Positions 1-21,030 of a stretch of DNA of 64,000 nt are shown one piece after another; position 1 is the first letter of the stretch; each line of letters opens with the position of its first letter. The notes beneath the pieces were generated by a model that was not told the origin of the DNA, did no database searches, and saw only the letters and a list, made by a program, of their open reading frames with translations. The DNA is from Amoebidium appalachense (Eukaryota; Protista; Ichthyosporea), in NCBI GenBank assembly GCA_963693365.1, contig CAVNZM010000008.1, forward strand, positions 4,922,310 through 4,986,309, read 5' to 3'. Position numbers and translations under genes: made by a program.

Positions 1-128
1 GCCTGTGTCTGAAAGAAGGCAAAATGAGTGTGGGTGGGAGGTAGTGAGCTCAGAGCAGAATGAGGGGAGTGGGGATGGGGTGGGGTAGGGCGGGGGGGGA
101 AGGGTGCTGGGAAAGGGTGTGTGTGTGT

Positions 129-163
<35 letters not shown>

Positions 164-1644
164 AGGGGCCCTTTAAAGCACGAGAGCCGTTGGGGTGAGG
201 ATACATACGGTTGACGGAGAAAACAGACACCCTGTCATTAGGAACAGCAACCACGCGATCGCACGTCTTATACAGCGTGCACGTTATTGTCACTAGAGAC
301 CAGGTGAAGAATTGGCAGGCGGCGGCACCGCGGCAATCCCTGCTACATTCATCGGCATCGGGGGCGTTGGGGTAACGTGAAAAGGTGAGACGGTTGGTTG
401 GGGTGTCGTCTTCGCATTTGATGCCTGGGCCGGTGACTTGCCAGTAGGTGAACGGTGGCGCTGTGAGTGGGAGAGGGCATTTTTATTTCAGTTTTAAAAT
501 AAAAAAAATTATTAACTTTTCTATGTTTTTTTCATTCGCCGATTTGGCACGCCCCCTAATTGCTTTATTTCACTGCTTTTCATGATGTTGATAGTCATTT
601 TTACCGTTTTGAGGCATAAAAGGTAGTGCTGCTCAGTGACAAGAATGACAACATTATACGAAATGAAATAGCACGGAGTGTGTGTGTGTGTGTGTGCGTG
701 TGTGTGTGTTGAGGGGGTTGGGGGGAGGGGACACTGGCACTGTTGCAGACCACGGTCCACATCTAGTTAGTGCCACCACGTGGCCGGGGTAAATTTAACT
801 CCATCCAAGTTTAATCTTATCAAAATCGGGGTACTTACTGATGGCTGGAGGGGGAGGTGGTGGGGGAGGAGGAGGAGGAGGAGGTGGTGGTGGTGGTGGT
901 GGTGGTGGTGGTGGTGGGCGGGGTGGTGGTGGCGGGGGTGGCGGTGGGGGAGGGGGCCCGATGCATCTGTCTTGGCCCGAGTCGTAACGGTGGCCCGAAG
1001 GGCAGCAGCTGCAGTTGCCACAGCCAAAGCGGTTCTGATAGCAGTTGGCCCCGTCACTTCCTACATGCAGGAAAAAAATGGTGCATTAGGACCAATTTGA
1101 AGGGGTTCTTTTTACTTTCTTTCAAACGTTCCCCGCCTCCTCCATCCAACCTTTGCAGTTCACGTGCACCGCTATCATCTTGCGTTACGCGTACGGTGGG
1201 TGGTGTAGTAAAGTTTACACATTAACAACGCATGCATGCATGATGACTTTCTAGTAGCTACCGGGCCGGCGAGTGCGTCGTTTTGACAATGCCACGGTCC
1301 GGGTACAAAGTGCACATATGTTTGCTGAATGTAGTCATGCATGAACAGTTGAGTCACCCCCAATGCATCTTCTATTTACGCATCAATCACATGCACATAT
1401 TACGTGATTAACATTTACGCCAACTGCTAATATTACAACACTTCACAACGACTTTCTGAATTATTCCAGATGTATGAAAGTCTAGACAAGTATACGTATA
1501 CGTACCACACACGTGTTTGCATCCACCACCCCCAGTAACCTTGTGGAGAAGGAAGAACAGGCCCTGCGCTTGTGCCGCCATGGTTCCTAACATCACGGCA
1601 CCAAGCAAAAGCGGCGAGTAGCCGCGCCTGGATCCTCGCCCCAT
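1..1644 (-). CDS. Secreted protein: signal peptide, Cys-rich module, polyproline linker, PAN/Apple domain (3' end outside window)
   Basis: Exons 1644-1506, 1060-839, 460-209 and 8-<1, with GT..AG introns in consistent phase 1. Spliced translation: MGRGSRRGYSPLLLGAVMLGTMAAQAQG...CKHVCGSDGANCYQNRFGCGNCSCCPSGHRYDSGQDRCIG-P-rich-TPPFTYWQVTGPGIKCEDD...ADECSRDCRGAAACQFFTWSLVTITCTLYKTC. The CxxxC...CxFFTW...CxL pattern is typical of PAN/Apple domains. Confidence 0.8.
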
Positions 1645-3039
1645 GTCTCCCAAGGTTCAGCGCCTTCCAAAAAAAAATGACTTGGTGTCACGGTGTGTAT
1701 ATGATTCGAAGACCTTTTGGGTTGCTTTTTTTCTTCTTTTGCCAACGGTATGATATGTGTGTATTTTTGATACTTGTACTTTCCTGAAATAATTGATCAT
1801 GTAGTAATTTCCACTTGGTCAAAGTGTACACAAACGTTTGTATTGCTGTGCATGCGCAGTTAAGAAAAGTTACAAACTGCAGTGTTTGAGCCTACTTGGA
1901 TGCTACAGGACAGTGAGGGATGAAGTACACACATGCAGTGAAAAATGAGGGGTCATGCTCGGGGTTTATATACGTGTTGATCAAGCTCCACCACATCCAG
2001 AGTTAAGATGCTCCACGGATAAACTTGCTTGCCAAATAAACGGTTTGTTATGCGCTACTATCTCATAGTATCAAGTAGGCATGTTGATAAATGATGTCCG
2101 TGGAGGGGCTCACACTATCAAAAATTTGTATGGGGGTGCGACAGAAAGGTGCACACATTAATATTCAGTGCGGACGTCGATGATGATGCTACAACACGAA
2201 TGATTGCGGCGTACACGCTCGCGTCTTATTCACGGATCACAGCTGGGAGCGAAGCAAAATTGATCCAGGAATGATGCCGCAACGTTGATATTCCATAGTG
2301 CGAAGGATGCATGATATTGCGACACTATTTATTCGAACGTGATCCAGCCATAATAATAATATGTCGCGTTTTTACTACCGTTAAGTTTGGCCCTCTAATT
2401 CTCCAGTCTGGTTCCCGTTCCAATTTCATCCCACAGCATGCATACTGCATATACGCACACACACACAAAAAGTGAAACGGTTACTGCAGCCTCACCGTGA
2501 CAGCCGGGCGCGCGGACGGTCAACTCCTGAGTCGCCAATGTACATGAATATATATCATGGCCTTTTTGTATAAATTATATACCCTGAGCCCAGGCTTTTG
2601 CATAGAGCAATTACTGTGGTGGTAATGCATAGTGCTTTGCACATTGTGTACAGGTACATTTTGTTTTGCCATGCTCCAAGAAGCCAATCAAATTATATCT
2701 GAACAATTAATTTATCCCAGGCATGCAACTTGCCAACTGTAGCTATCACACAACGTACGGGGACTCGGGGAGTTAACTTGTGGGAGTAGCACAATGTGTT
2801 CATTCGGGCATGATGGCACTTTGTTTCCTCTTTCTCTAAGTGTACTAAAAAAACACGAGCCACTATACTAATATACATACACCGAAGGATCCAACATCGA
2901 TATCACCCAGACCTAGAAATTCCTCGGCATCGTTAGGAACGCATAATTGCATATTTTGGAGAAAGCATGAGTGTACGTGCGCAACTCCGAATGCAAGGAC
3001 ACGCGGAGTCACGCGGCCGCCACACGTGCACTTGCAGTG

Positions 3040-5165
<2,126 letters not shown>

Positions 5166-6687
5166 TTATCTATCTCCTACTTCTCTAGATCTTCCTCTCT
5201 TCCTCCCTCTTCCTGAGGCTCTTCTCTCTTCTCTCGTTCTCTTTTCCGGAGTGAAGGCCTGGAGGGAGGGAGGGGACTCGAGGGGGGAGGGGGTGCGGCG
5301 CGGAGACTGCAAGGCAGAAATTTTAACATATCGGATTATCTTAGTTAGTGTGCACACATTCAATTTGGCCTTCTGTGTGTTATTATTATTGCGGGCAATA
5401 GGATGGCGTAAAGGGTTTCACGACGTTCACTCATATTTTATTATTTATCGAATTGCATTCGTTTGCCGATGACAAATATAAAATTGTTTAACACTGATCA
5501 CTAACGGGCACACACCCACTCCAACTCCTTCCGACCAGGCTGGCACATCGGCCTCAACCTCCAATTCAATAGATATATTAGGAGAAAAAAAGGGCAAGAA
5601 AAAAAAGAAGAAAAAAAACGCCCAAAAAGGGCGACGAAGCTCCACGGAATTTTGCAAATCTACATAGTATATCAAAAAGAGATCAGCAAGAACCAACCAA
5701 TGGATACATTTACATTCCTCCACGCCTAAATTTCAAACGAAATGCACAATTTTGCATGTACATGCAAACTTCCATGCAATGCATACACGACACAATCTGG
5801 GGTAACATGTACATTGAAAAAACACTGATTCACTGCAGAAAGCGCCAACTTTATATTCATACTGATTCAGTGTCATCTATATTCACAAACATTTTAGAAT
5901 CAGACACAAGCACGTCTGTACATAGAAGCACTGCCGCGGCCACTCGGACCATATGTACAGTACGACACCGTATATATATCTCCCATCATCAACCTCCAAT
6001 CAATATATTCGCAAAACCTCGTTCTTCTTATAAAAAAGCCTTCATGTTCATAATGTACTAATCAGAAAAAGTTTACATTTTGCACATACCTTTGTAGATA
6101 TTAAACATCACAAAAACGTAGAAATTCCAACGGTCTGAGACTCTAAAAACATAATTGGTATGAAACGTTGACCAGTGATGGTATGCGCCAGAGAAAGATT
6201 GCCCACATGATGTATGCATGAGAGACGTGTGTGTGTGTGTGTGTGTGCGTGTGCGCGTCTTACTGTGTGCGCATGCTTCGGGAAGAGGGGGGGGGGGGGG
6301 GGGGGGGAAGCGGGGGGGGGGGCTAAACGGGGAGAGGGTGTGCAGTCTGTAGCCTCTTGAGTGACCCGTGCGGATGGGCGCGTTTGATTGGCCGCAGGGG
6401 GATGCTGACTGGCGCGGACTGTGTTGGCAAACTAATTGGCTCATACATTGACCCACTGGAGAGGCCCAGGGGGGGGATGTTAGTGATAAGAATTTGAGTT
6501 CACAGTTGAGGGACGTCGATGAAGAAAGTTCTCTATTGTAGACGGAGGGATAAAGCAAGGGCTGGGGGGAGGGAGAACACGGCAGAGGGGGGGGGGGGGG
6601 GGGATGTCGTTTTTGAAAGCCTTGGCCTAGGGAGAGGGGACGGGAGGAAAAAAAAAAAGAAAAAAGAAAAAAGGATGGCGGGGGGAA

Positions 6688-7309
6688 TCACCTTCTCCAA
6701 TCATATTGCCCATTGTGGCCCCCATAATGCGGGATGGCCATGGGCCGTGACTCCATCTCCACACTGCTTGCACTCTCCCCAGATGCTGCATAATACTGCC
6801 CGCCCATCTCTTCCTCAATCACCTCATCCTCTTCATACATGCTGTCTTGACCCGGCTCCGACGGACTCGAATCCCGGCCCAAGTCGTTCCGGTTCGGCCC
6901 GACCCCTTCGTCCATCATGAAAACCTCTCCGTGGTCAGAGCGACTTGACCTGGAATCAGAACGACTGAGCGCTGATGGGCGTGTAGTGAATCCATTTGTC
7001 GGCAATGAAGATGCACCGTAGTGGGAGAAAACCGGGTTCTCAGCGAAAGACGAGAAGTTATAGGAATTGGGCGGAGGGGGTGGTGGTGGGGGGTTGGGGA
7101 AATGAGTGTGGTCAATTTTGGAGAGAGAGTCGCGACGGCAGTCCATGGGGAGAAATGAGCGTTCCGAAACCGAGGGAGGTGGGGTGGGTGTGTGTGTGGT
7201 TGGCGTGTGGGGGTGTGCGGTTGGAGCGGGCTGGAACCTTTGCAGCACGTGCAGGGCCTGGTCTCGCTGCTGGCGGAGAGCCTCGAGCTCGGCCAGCTGC
7301 CCCTTGTAG

Positions 7310-7357
<48 letters not shown>

Positions 7358-8349
7358 CCTGGTGGGAGGGGGGGGGGGGAGAAGGGGGGGGATGGTAAAA
7401 GGAAGGAGGTCATTACGTTGTGTAGTACTAATGGTTTGAAAAGGAACATAAGTCATACTATCTCCCTCCCGAACAAAGGGCTGACAGGTCAGAAAAAAGG
7501 AGAAACGGTACATAGCAAACACCACAAAAACACCTGTTTAAGTTGCGTGATGTAGTCCGAGGCATGTTGAAGCACGGCGAGCGTCGACAGTTTTGAGCTA
7601 CGGATGGTAGGCACGGACTTTTGGAGATCGTTGAAGCACTTCTTCATGTACGCCCTCCTGCTCTTTTCAAGCTGGTTGTGTATCTCCTTGTTTTTGGTCC
7701 TCTTGTCAAAGCTGTTGGGGCTCTCAGAACGCAGGGTGGGGGGCGATTGGGCCTCGCTACCATCTTGACCATTGCCAAAGAATGGGGAGTCAGGCTCGTA
7801 GCTATCGGGTGAGGAGGGACGTGCCGAACCATACGTCGTCGGTGAAGATGATGGGATCACTGCTTGTTGTGCTTTTGCGGCCGCTGCGTGTTGGGGTAGC
7901 AATGAGAGGATGAGCAAAGATGCATGAGCTGTCAAAGATAATCAATGAAAGATCTGGGGGTAGCAAAAGCTGGGGGTAGCAAAAGCGGAAGGGGGAGCTG
8001 ATAACTGCACAATGTACCACGCCATTATTCTGCACTGCTTTTGTGCACTTTTTATCCCAATCTCTCCCCTTCGCAGTACAGTCACATGCCCCCCCCCCCC
8101 CCCCCCCCCCTCCCCCCCCTTCCCTCCTCAAAAACACCCCAACCCTACCCTCACCACTAACCACTACTCCCCCAATCCCTTAGACATTTTATTACTGCCT
8201 GCTGTCTTTTCTCTGTTTTCTGAATGAAGTAAATATTTTATTTTTTATGATTTCGGCTTAGCAGAACGTCTTCACACAATGATGGACATACCTTCCTGGC
8301 GCTCCAGGTACTCCGCAGCAAGTAGAAGATCGGATATTGGGGAATGCAT
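6688..8349 (-). CDS. MNT: Mnt/Mxd(Mad)-like bHLH-leucine zipper transcriptional repressor with N-terminal Sin3-interaction domain
   Basis: Exon 8349-8292 encodes MHSPISDLLLAAEYLERQE, SID-like (cf. Mad LLEAADYLERRE). Exon 7928-7534 encodes KEIHNQLEKSRRAYMKKCFNDLQKSVPTIRSSKLSTLAVLQHASDYITQLK, close to the Mnt basic/HLH region. Exon 7311-6688 encodes the zipper NYKGQLAELEALRQQRDQALHVLQ plus a Pro/Ser-rich tail. Phases are consistent; the exact 3' end is less certain. Confidence 0.85.
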
Positions 8350-9349
8350 TTTTGTTTTGGGAAAAAACCCACAGATCTACAGTACGGTAGGCTTAGTTGA
8401 CGAAAAACTCGATAATGCGTAAAAAAACAATGAAACTTATAGCAGGTGCCTTCTTCCAGAGCTCTAAGCCCCTTATAAGGTCTGTGATTGCATGTGAAGT
8501 TTGTGACATATCACATGCCTTTCAAACGAGCGTAATTCAGACCCTCGTCAACACAAAAACAAGACAATTCACCGGGACATGACTTAACAAAGCTTGGCCC
8601 TTATCCTTAACAGAAAGCGAAAGGGACAAAATCTCGCTCTTCCACATCAGACCTTCAATTAGAGTACCCTAGAAACACACAGAAGAAAACTAACTTATTC
8701 AGAGCGTGAGAAACATATGCGAGTCACTGTGTACACTGACACGCGCGCACGAAAACAGCTTACGAAAACACCTGGAAAGTTTTGGATGCTTTTCGCCATG
8801 AGCAGCCCACACACAGGGTGCGGATTGTGGTATGCGTGATGTTAGACAAATGAAAATGAGGATGGGCGATGTCAAGGACCCATATATGGAAATGCATACA
8901 CTGCGCACCGGCAGATCTGACGCAAGTTACGCAACCGCTGCGAGCCTCGCTGAGCCACCCCTTGATGTCGGATAGATGGTGCAGCGTATTGACCTAGAAT
9001 TAGGAACTGCAGATTTTAAATAGAGCACAAAAATCCGATGAACGTTATGGAACATATGAGCATATGAGCTCCTCTATTCAATATGCTTGAGATATGTGTC
9101 ACACACCGTCACGGTGCGCAATGCGCATGCGGTCTTGTCACCGTGGGTGGGCAGGCCAGTGCTCTCACAAATGAAAGTGCTTCACCAATCATATGGAGGT
9201 GCAATAAGCAGCTAATCGCCATAGGATTGATAGCAGATACGTAATTCGATTGGCCACGTTCCCACATAAATGGAAGGTGATTGGATGAACAGAACACGAG
9301 CATCAAGATATCATCACTGACATATCGCAGCGGGCGTCTGGCTATTGTA

Positions 9350-10660
9350 GGCTCGCTTCGCTCGCATCGGGCCACCCAGCCCGGGGGGCCCGCTAGGCCG
9401 TTTGCTATTTTATACATGTACATGTTGGCTCGCTTCGCTCGCATTTTGGGGGGCATATCTTTTTACGTGTAGGCTCGCTTCGCTCGCATTTTGGGGGGCA
9501 AGTTCGCAATTTTTTTTACGGTAGGCTCTCTTCGCTCGCATTTTGCCGGGGGGGATTATAATACAGGGGACGCGTACGGCTCTTGCATTCCGGGGCCCTT
9601 GAAGGATCATGATCAGGGCCGCGAACCGCAGTCCCATAACCAGCTGAAGTGGCCCCACGCGTCCGCCACCAGTCAACGGTTACGCGCCTGGCTCGCTTCG
9701 CTCGCATTTGGGGGGTCTCATCGTTGTCGTCTGCTGTTTGTCGTATGGAGGAATTGTCTCTTCGTTTTTGTTTTCATTTAGTTAGGATACCTGATCGTCA
9801 CCCTCTTTATGCCTTCTTTCCCCTCCCTCCCTCCATCCCTCTTCCCCCCCGATTCACCAACGCTACTTCTGAATGTCCTCAGCCTACCCTCTTTCAACCT
9901 GATTCTTCCTCTCGCTATCTCACTCCCTCATTCTTTTCTCTTCCTGTTTTTTCTGCCTTTTCGCGTTATTGCCATACGCAGTATAAGTTTCTTTCTCGTT
10001 CTGATAGAGAAATCAAAGGTAAAATTTCTCAGTCGGCATGTGTTATGTTCCTTAGGCAACACCGTACTGATCATTATCGCTTTTTGGGAGCTTTGGCCGG
10101 ATATATTTCTCCTGCTGTACGTATGGATACCACACTGGTAGATAAGTCTGTATGGTGCTCTGATGTTGATATTGCCTGGGAAGTTGTGCAGTGGCGTTGT
10201 AATTTTTGTTTCCATCGCCGCTGGTGCCAATTTTGTGCTGAACTTTTTAATCGCAAGCATGTTGATAGGTGTGAGTTTTTATGTCGAGTTCTACCTCTTT
10301 CCCTACGGGTGTCTGCTACACTGGCTGGCAATGTGACCACTCTAGACTTTTTGTTGAATTCTGTTGGTCGTCACATTGAGTATTTATATGATTTTCACAC
10401 GTGCACAGTGTTCAGGTATCTCAGTATGCACTTGTTACTGGATAACTCGTGAAGTGAATAAATCCAGTCAAAAGAAAAAGTTTTTATTGTCTTCTCAGTA
10501 TGCCGTGCATACTTGCATATCTTTCCGTCGAATAAATCCAGTCAAAAGAAAAAAAAAGAAAAGAAAAAAAAATCCGGACTTATTTTTTATGTTTAGGCTC
10601 GCTTCGCTCGCATTTGGGGGCAAGTTCAACTTTGCTAATTTTTTTTACATGTAGGCTCAG
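9350..10660 (+). repeat. Array of GGCTCGCTTCGCTCGCAT motifs
   Basis: Copies at 9350, 9427, 9472, 9524 (one mismatch), 9690 and 10596, most followed by TTT(T)GGGG. Confidence 0.85.
9716..10575 (+). mobile_element. 5'-truncated non-LTR retrotransposon (LINE) 3' end
   Basis: ORF to 10452 contains VDKSVW...VVQWRCNF...WCQFCAELFNRKHVDRC...LDFLLN, resembling the post-RT C-terminal Cys/His region of fungal/protist non-LTR ORFs (from recalled motif patterns). It is followed by a duplicated AATAAATCCAGTCAAAAG and an A-rich tail (~10544-10572). No RT domain is present. Confidence 0.6.
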
Positions 10661-10740
10661 ACGAAAAAAGCAATCGCTTCGCCTTGATTGGCCCAGCCAT
10701 GTGCCGCGTTTCTTCTTAATGTTGTAATTCACGCTCCTAC

Positions 10741-10977
10741 CAGGCTGTGAAATTAGGGGGTTTAGCTATGGCCAGAAAATTGCCCCTGAAAGTCCGAATA
10801 TTGTCCCTAACGTTTTGAGGTTAGGTCCATCAATTTCCCAAAAATTGGCCCTAACAGGGCCAAATATATAAGAAAACCACACCTTTAAAACGGCTGTTGG
10901 CTCTGTTAGGGCCATCAAGGCTGGTGGAAAGTTACCAAGATCTTATGGCACCAGCCAAAAACAAATTTCACACCCTG
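10741..10977. mobile_element. hAT-like MITE
   Basis: TIRs CAGGCTGTGAAATT / AATTTCACACCCTG. 8-bp TSD GCTCCTAC (10733-40) / GTTCCTAC (10978-85) with one mismatch. Confidence 0.75.
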
Positions 10978-11526
10978 GTTCCTACCTTCAGGAGAAAATG
11001 CAAAAGGGAGTGGCCCCGGAGGCAGAGGGGCTGTGACAAATAGCATGCATTCACGCTCATTGTCAACATGCACTTAAATACATACAATATTTATTTGACT
11101 TAGGTATAGTATATTTCAAAGATACTGACATCGGAATTGCTGCTTATTCATTAGCATTATTGTCATGAGACCGTCCATTTTGATATCGAATCGGATGATG
11201 CCATCGGCACAGGGTTTGCAAATTGTACGCTTGGGACGGTTTCACTACGTGCGGCGGGCCGGCGGCCACGGTCCACCACCATAGGCATCGGAGTGCCACA
11301 TAACAAAAAGAAATAATTGTCTCTCAAAAAACCCGGAAAGAAAGTGTTTCAAATCCTTTAGGGCTGAAAACAAGTTCCTTAATACTAAGAAGAATGTATC
11401 TCAAAACGGTGGCCAGTATTCAGGCTTCATGACCAGCTGGGGAAAAGCCATCAAAACGTTAATACATCGGAATTTCACGCCCTGCTACACCTTCAAAAAC
11501 GTGGCACCACTACTGAACCTCCAAAC

Positions 11527-11564
<38 letters not shown>

Positions 11565-11798
11565 GCACGCACACGCACACGCACGCACGCACACACGCGC
11601 GCGCGCGCGAATGAGCACAAGCACACGCACGCACGCGCACACACACGCAACCGTGACACGTGCGTGCATATGGATATGTGCAAACATACACACCACACGC
11701 ACACGAACATATTCTAAGAGTGCCCAAAATTGGAATTTCAAAGCACCCAGGGGTCCCAGTGCCGTGGGTGGGTTTGAATGCATGCCTTAGAAGTTTCA

Positions 11799-11831
<33 letters not shown>

Positions 11832-12317
11832 TTTTTTTTTTTTTTTTTTTTTTGGTGTGTGTGTGGGGGGGGGGGGGGGGGGGGGGGGGGGGAGGGGGGG
11901 GGGGGAGGGGGGGGGGGTTTTGAAACAAACAGCAGCACACGTCCATACATGACAGGCCTGCACATCTGTGGAGTCAGGGGCAAGTGTCACATGCATTGTG
12001 TTACAAATTATGCCAACGTGAGTAAAATTGACAATAACAGTCCATGTGTCCATCCAATATAAAAATTCCTCTGGCACAGGCACTTCATATAATTCAAAGC
12101 CTTACTAGTACTTTAATATTTTAAAATTTTTATAAAGTACTAGCACTCATACCTTCTAGTCAACACATCAGAGACTTGTGTCACATCTCTTGAGGCACAA
12201 AACTATTCGCCGTGTTCTCCAACAGACGAATTACAAACTAGACTGATTTCAAGCCCGCATGTTCTGGCCTAATATGGAAGGTCACGTAGGTGCTTCCATT
12301 TATGGAAGGTCACGTGC

Positions 12318-17556
<5,239 letters not shown>

Positions 17557-17952
17557 CTTTCCTGTGTGTGGGGGGGAGGGGGGAGGGGGGGGGGGGAGGG
17601 GGGGGAATAAACAAGTGGGGGAAAGGGGGTGAGGATGGAGGGGCATGAGGGGAGGGGGGGGGGGGATGAGGTTATTAAGCAGTGCGCGGTAGGAAGCGTA
17701 ACGGTACAGAACACACGTGAGTTAGTATTTAGGAGGGGCACATGCAGCACCATTAGGGGGGGGGGGGGGGGGGGGGACTGGATAGTGGGATTGGCTTTTT
17801 ACTCTCAAAATTGTGCACGAGCAGAAGTGTGTACGTATGCACGAGTAATGGTTAAAGGGACCATAGGCACGTGCATGTGTATGGGTGCATGTGAGTGGGG
17901 AAAAGGTTCTGGGAACATGGGTGCAAGGATGCATGAGAGCAAACAAGTAGGA

Positions 17953-18040
<88 letters not shown>

Positions 18041-18148
18041 ATGTGAATGTGACCGAGTGTTTAAGCGTAAATCAGTGTGTGTGTGTGCGCGCATGAGCAT
18101 TTGCGATGGTGTGTGTACCGTGCGAGCGCTCGCGCGCGCACGTGTGTG

Positions 18149-18233
<85 letters not shown>

Positions 18234-18555
18234 CTGTGTGTAAGAGTGTTTTGAGTTTGTGTGCTGTAACGACTTACTCTGAATGACACCGGATGGGCTG
18301 AAGTGTGTGTGTATGTGTGGAGAGGGGAGGGAAGGGAGATGGGGGGGTGGGGGGAGGGGAGGACGAGGGGCCTAGGAGCTGGGTGATGGGCGGATGTAGG
18401 TGGACAGGGGGAATGGGGAGAGATGGGGTAGGTTGCGAAGGGGAGGGGCGAAGGGAGGCGCTGGGAGGGCGGGGAACGTGAAAAGAAAAATATAAGCAGT
18501 GGGTGGGGCGCAGGAGGAGGGGGAGAAGGGGAAGAGGAAGGGGGGGGCGGGGGAC

Positions 18556-18586
<31 letters not shown>

Positions 18587-20921
18587 GGCACGGGAAGAGG
18601 GAAAGGAAAAAAGTGCACAGCAAAGAAGGAATAAAGAGTGGGTGATGTGTCGATGCCCACAGGTGAAGGTCGTGGGAAAACGTCATTGCGGTAAAAAGAA
18701 TTAAAGGGTGTTTGTGTAAAGTTAGTAATTACCTGAAAGTTAAGTTATGTTGTGTTAGACGTAGCAGAATGTTGACGGGGAAATTTCTGAGTTTGAGCTT
18801 TTGGTGGGGGCGGGCTTGGGCAAAAAAGTGACTAATAAAACGGGGGAGGAAAAAAAAAAAGTCGCTTACAAGTGAATCATTCACAGAATGCATAGAGCGA
18901 TGTAAAATCGAATGCATGTTGTTCGTATTGCCGCGTTGTTATGGTTGCTAACGATTCGAATAAAGCTAACATGAATCATAAACTATTTTATCCAACTGTA
19001 TTTATTGAACGTATTGTTGTGTTTATATTCTCTTTTTTTTTTTTGCTCCGTTTGTATGATTTCCAACATGTATTCTCTCTGGAGAAAAGACGAAACAAAT
19101 TCCCAAATAAGGTCTTTCAACTTGATATTTGCCTCATAAACGTAGCGTATTTGATTGGTCGATAGCACAAAGTGGCGCGAATTGCAATCCGATCAAAAGA
19201 GTCTGGCGGCCCGTGCCACGGTGAAAGATTCATGGCATGTCTTGTGATCACGTCTGAGAACTCGTGATATATATTGACTTAGAAGTTGGGCTTGGGTACT
19301 GTAGCATATGGCTGTGTTTGTAACTTACGGAGAGCTGGGTGCCTATGTCACTACAGTAAACGATAAACAAAAGCCGGTAAAGTGCCTGAAAATGTTTTGT
19401 CAACGTGTTGCAATCGCCGGACATGTTACACCTGACGACGTCTCGGATATCCTGGCAGGCCAGAGCTCTATAGATGCAGTGCCACGACCGAAATTTCTTT
19501 CGCTATAAAAAGACCCAATGCTGAGGCATACATACATATGGTGGAAGTCTAAATGCTCGCAGTGCCCACCATAATATTAGTGCTAGTGACGGCAGACTGA
19601 GCGTGGAGCTTGAGTTCGAAAATGTAAATGTTGCCCTGACTTGTGTACGTACCTTCAATTAATAATGCCTTAAAGAAAGTTTAAGCTCAAGGTCACAGTG
19701 AAACCTCGGGGGAAGAGGCAAGATCTCTGAAACACCAGAGCTGTGCTTGGTGTGGGTACAGAAAAGTACCAGACACTAGGAAAGTTGTTGGGAAATGTGT
19801 AGCAGCTGGAAGGGATTCCGAACGGAGTGAACATTGTTGGAGTTGCAATTGGGGGATGGATGCCGGTGAGGTGGGGTCTGGTAGGTTCCCGGGCGTATAC
19901 GTATGCCAATAAATTCAAAACGTCAAGTGCGGAAGTGAGGGAGAAGAAACATACGGTGATTGAGTAAGCTGTGAGGACGAGAGGGTTGAGAGGGTGACGG
20001 ACTATTGGGGGGGGGGGGGGGAAGGGGGGACTCCGATCGGGGGGTGGCATGGCTTGAAGGACTAGAGACTCGTTCCTGTTTTGGGGCCGGGGGGAGAGGG
20101 GGGAAGGGGGGGGGGGGGGGGGGGGGGGGAAGGGGGGGGGGGGGGGGGGGGGGAGGGGGAGCGTTGCTGTGGGGCGGGTTGCCGAGGTTAATTTTACATG
20201 TACGTTGCTTTGAGTGAAGACTCTGGCTAACATAATAACTACAGACCTAAAGTATGCAGGGTGTAAGTTACGTTAAGATTGCATGCGCAATTAACATTGC
20301 GCATACCCAGCCCCTTACCAAACTAATTAAAGCTTTCCGGCATGTGCCTTGCCGTGGATAAAGATTGGTGACGACTGAATTTTGTTCTATGCGGGTGTAC
20401 GATTGCACGTGTGCCCCGTGACGTAGTCTGTGCGCGTGTGCCTGCGGGTGTGGTTGACAATAATGTGTGTGTATGTGAGTGTGTGTGTGTCTGCTAAGTG
20501 TTTGAACAATAGTAAAGTGTTGCTGACAATTCTGCTTTTAGCAGAATAATTCTTTATGCTTTCTGCTAGTTAATTATGCTTTTCGCAGAGTATTACTGTG
20601 CTCGGAGCAAGTTGTTGGCTCGGCCGACGTGGTTCTACAGAAACACACACACGTGTACACACACACACACAGAGAGAGAGAGGGAGAGGGGGGGGGGGGG
20701 AGAGAGAGAAGAGAGAGAGGAGAGAGAGAGGAAGAGAGGGGGAGGGGGGGGAGAAAGAGAGAAAGATGAACGCACGTGCGTAAACCTAATGTTCATTACA
20801 CACACACACACATGCACAATCACACACACGGAGAGAGAGGGAGAAAGAGGGAGAGAGAGAGAGAGGGCGAGAGGGGGAAGGGGGGGAGATCGAGAGAAAG
20901 TGAGAGGCGCGCACGCTCCGT

Positions 20922-21030
<109 letters not shown>

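Noticed and set aside
9350-9710. CRISPR-like array
   Set aside because: The repeat is ~18 bp, spacing is irregular, spacers resemble each other, there are no cas genes, and the context is eukaryotic.
19670-19990. Non-repetitive ORF segment with a nearby minus-strand donor at ~19652
   Set aside because: No recognisable protein in any frame; may be a non-coding or UTR exon, unsupported.
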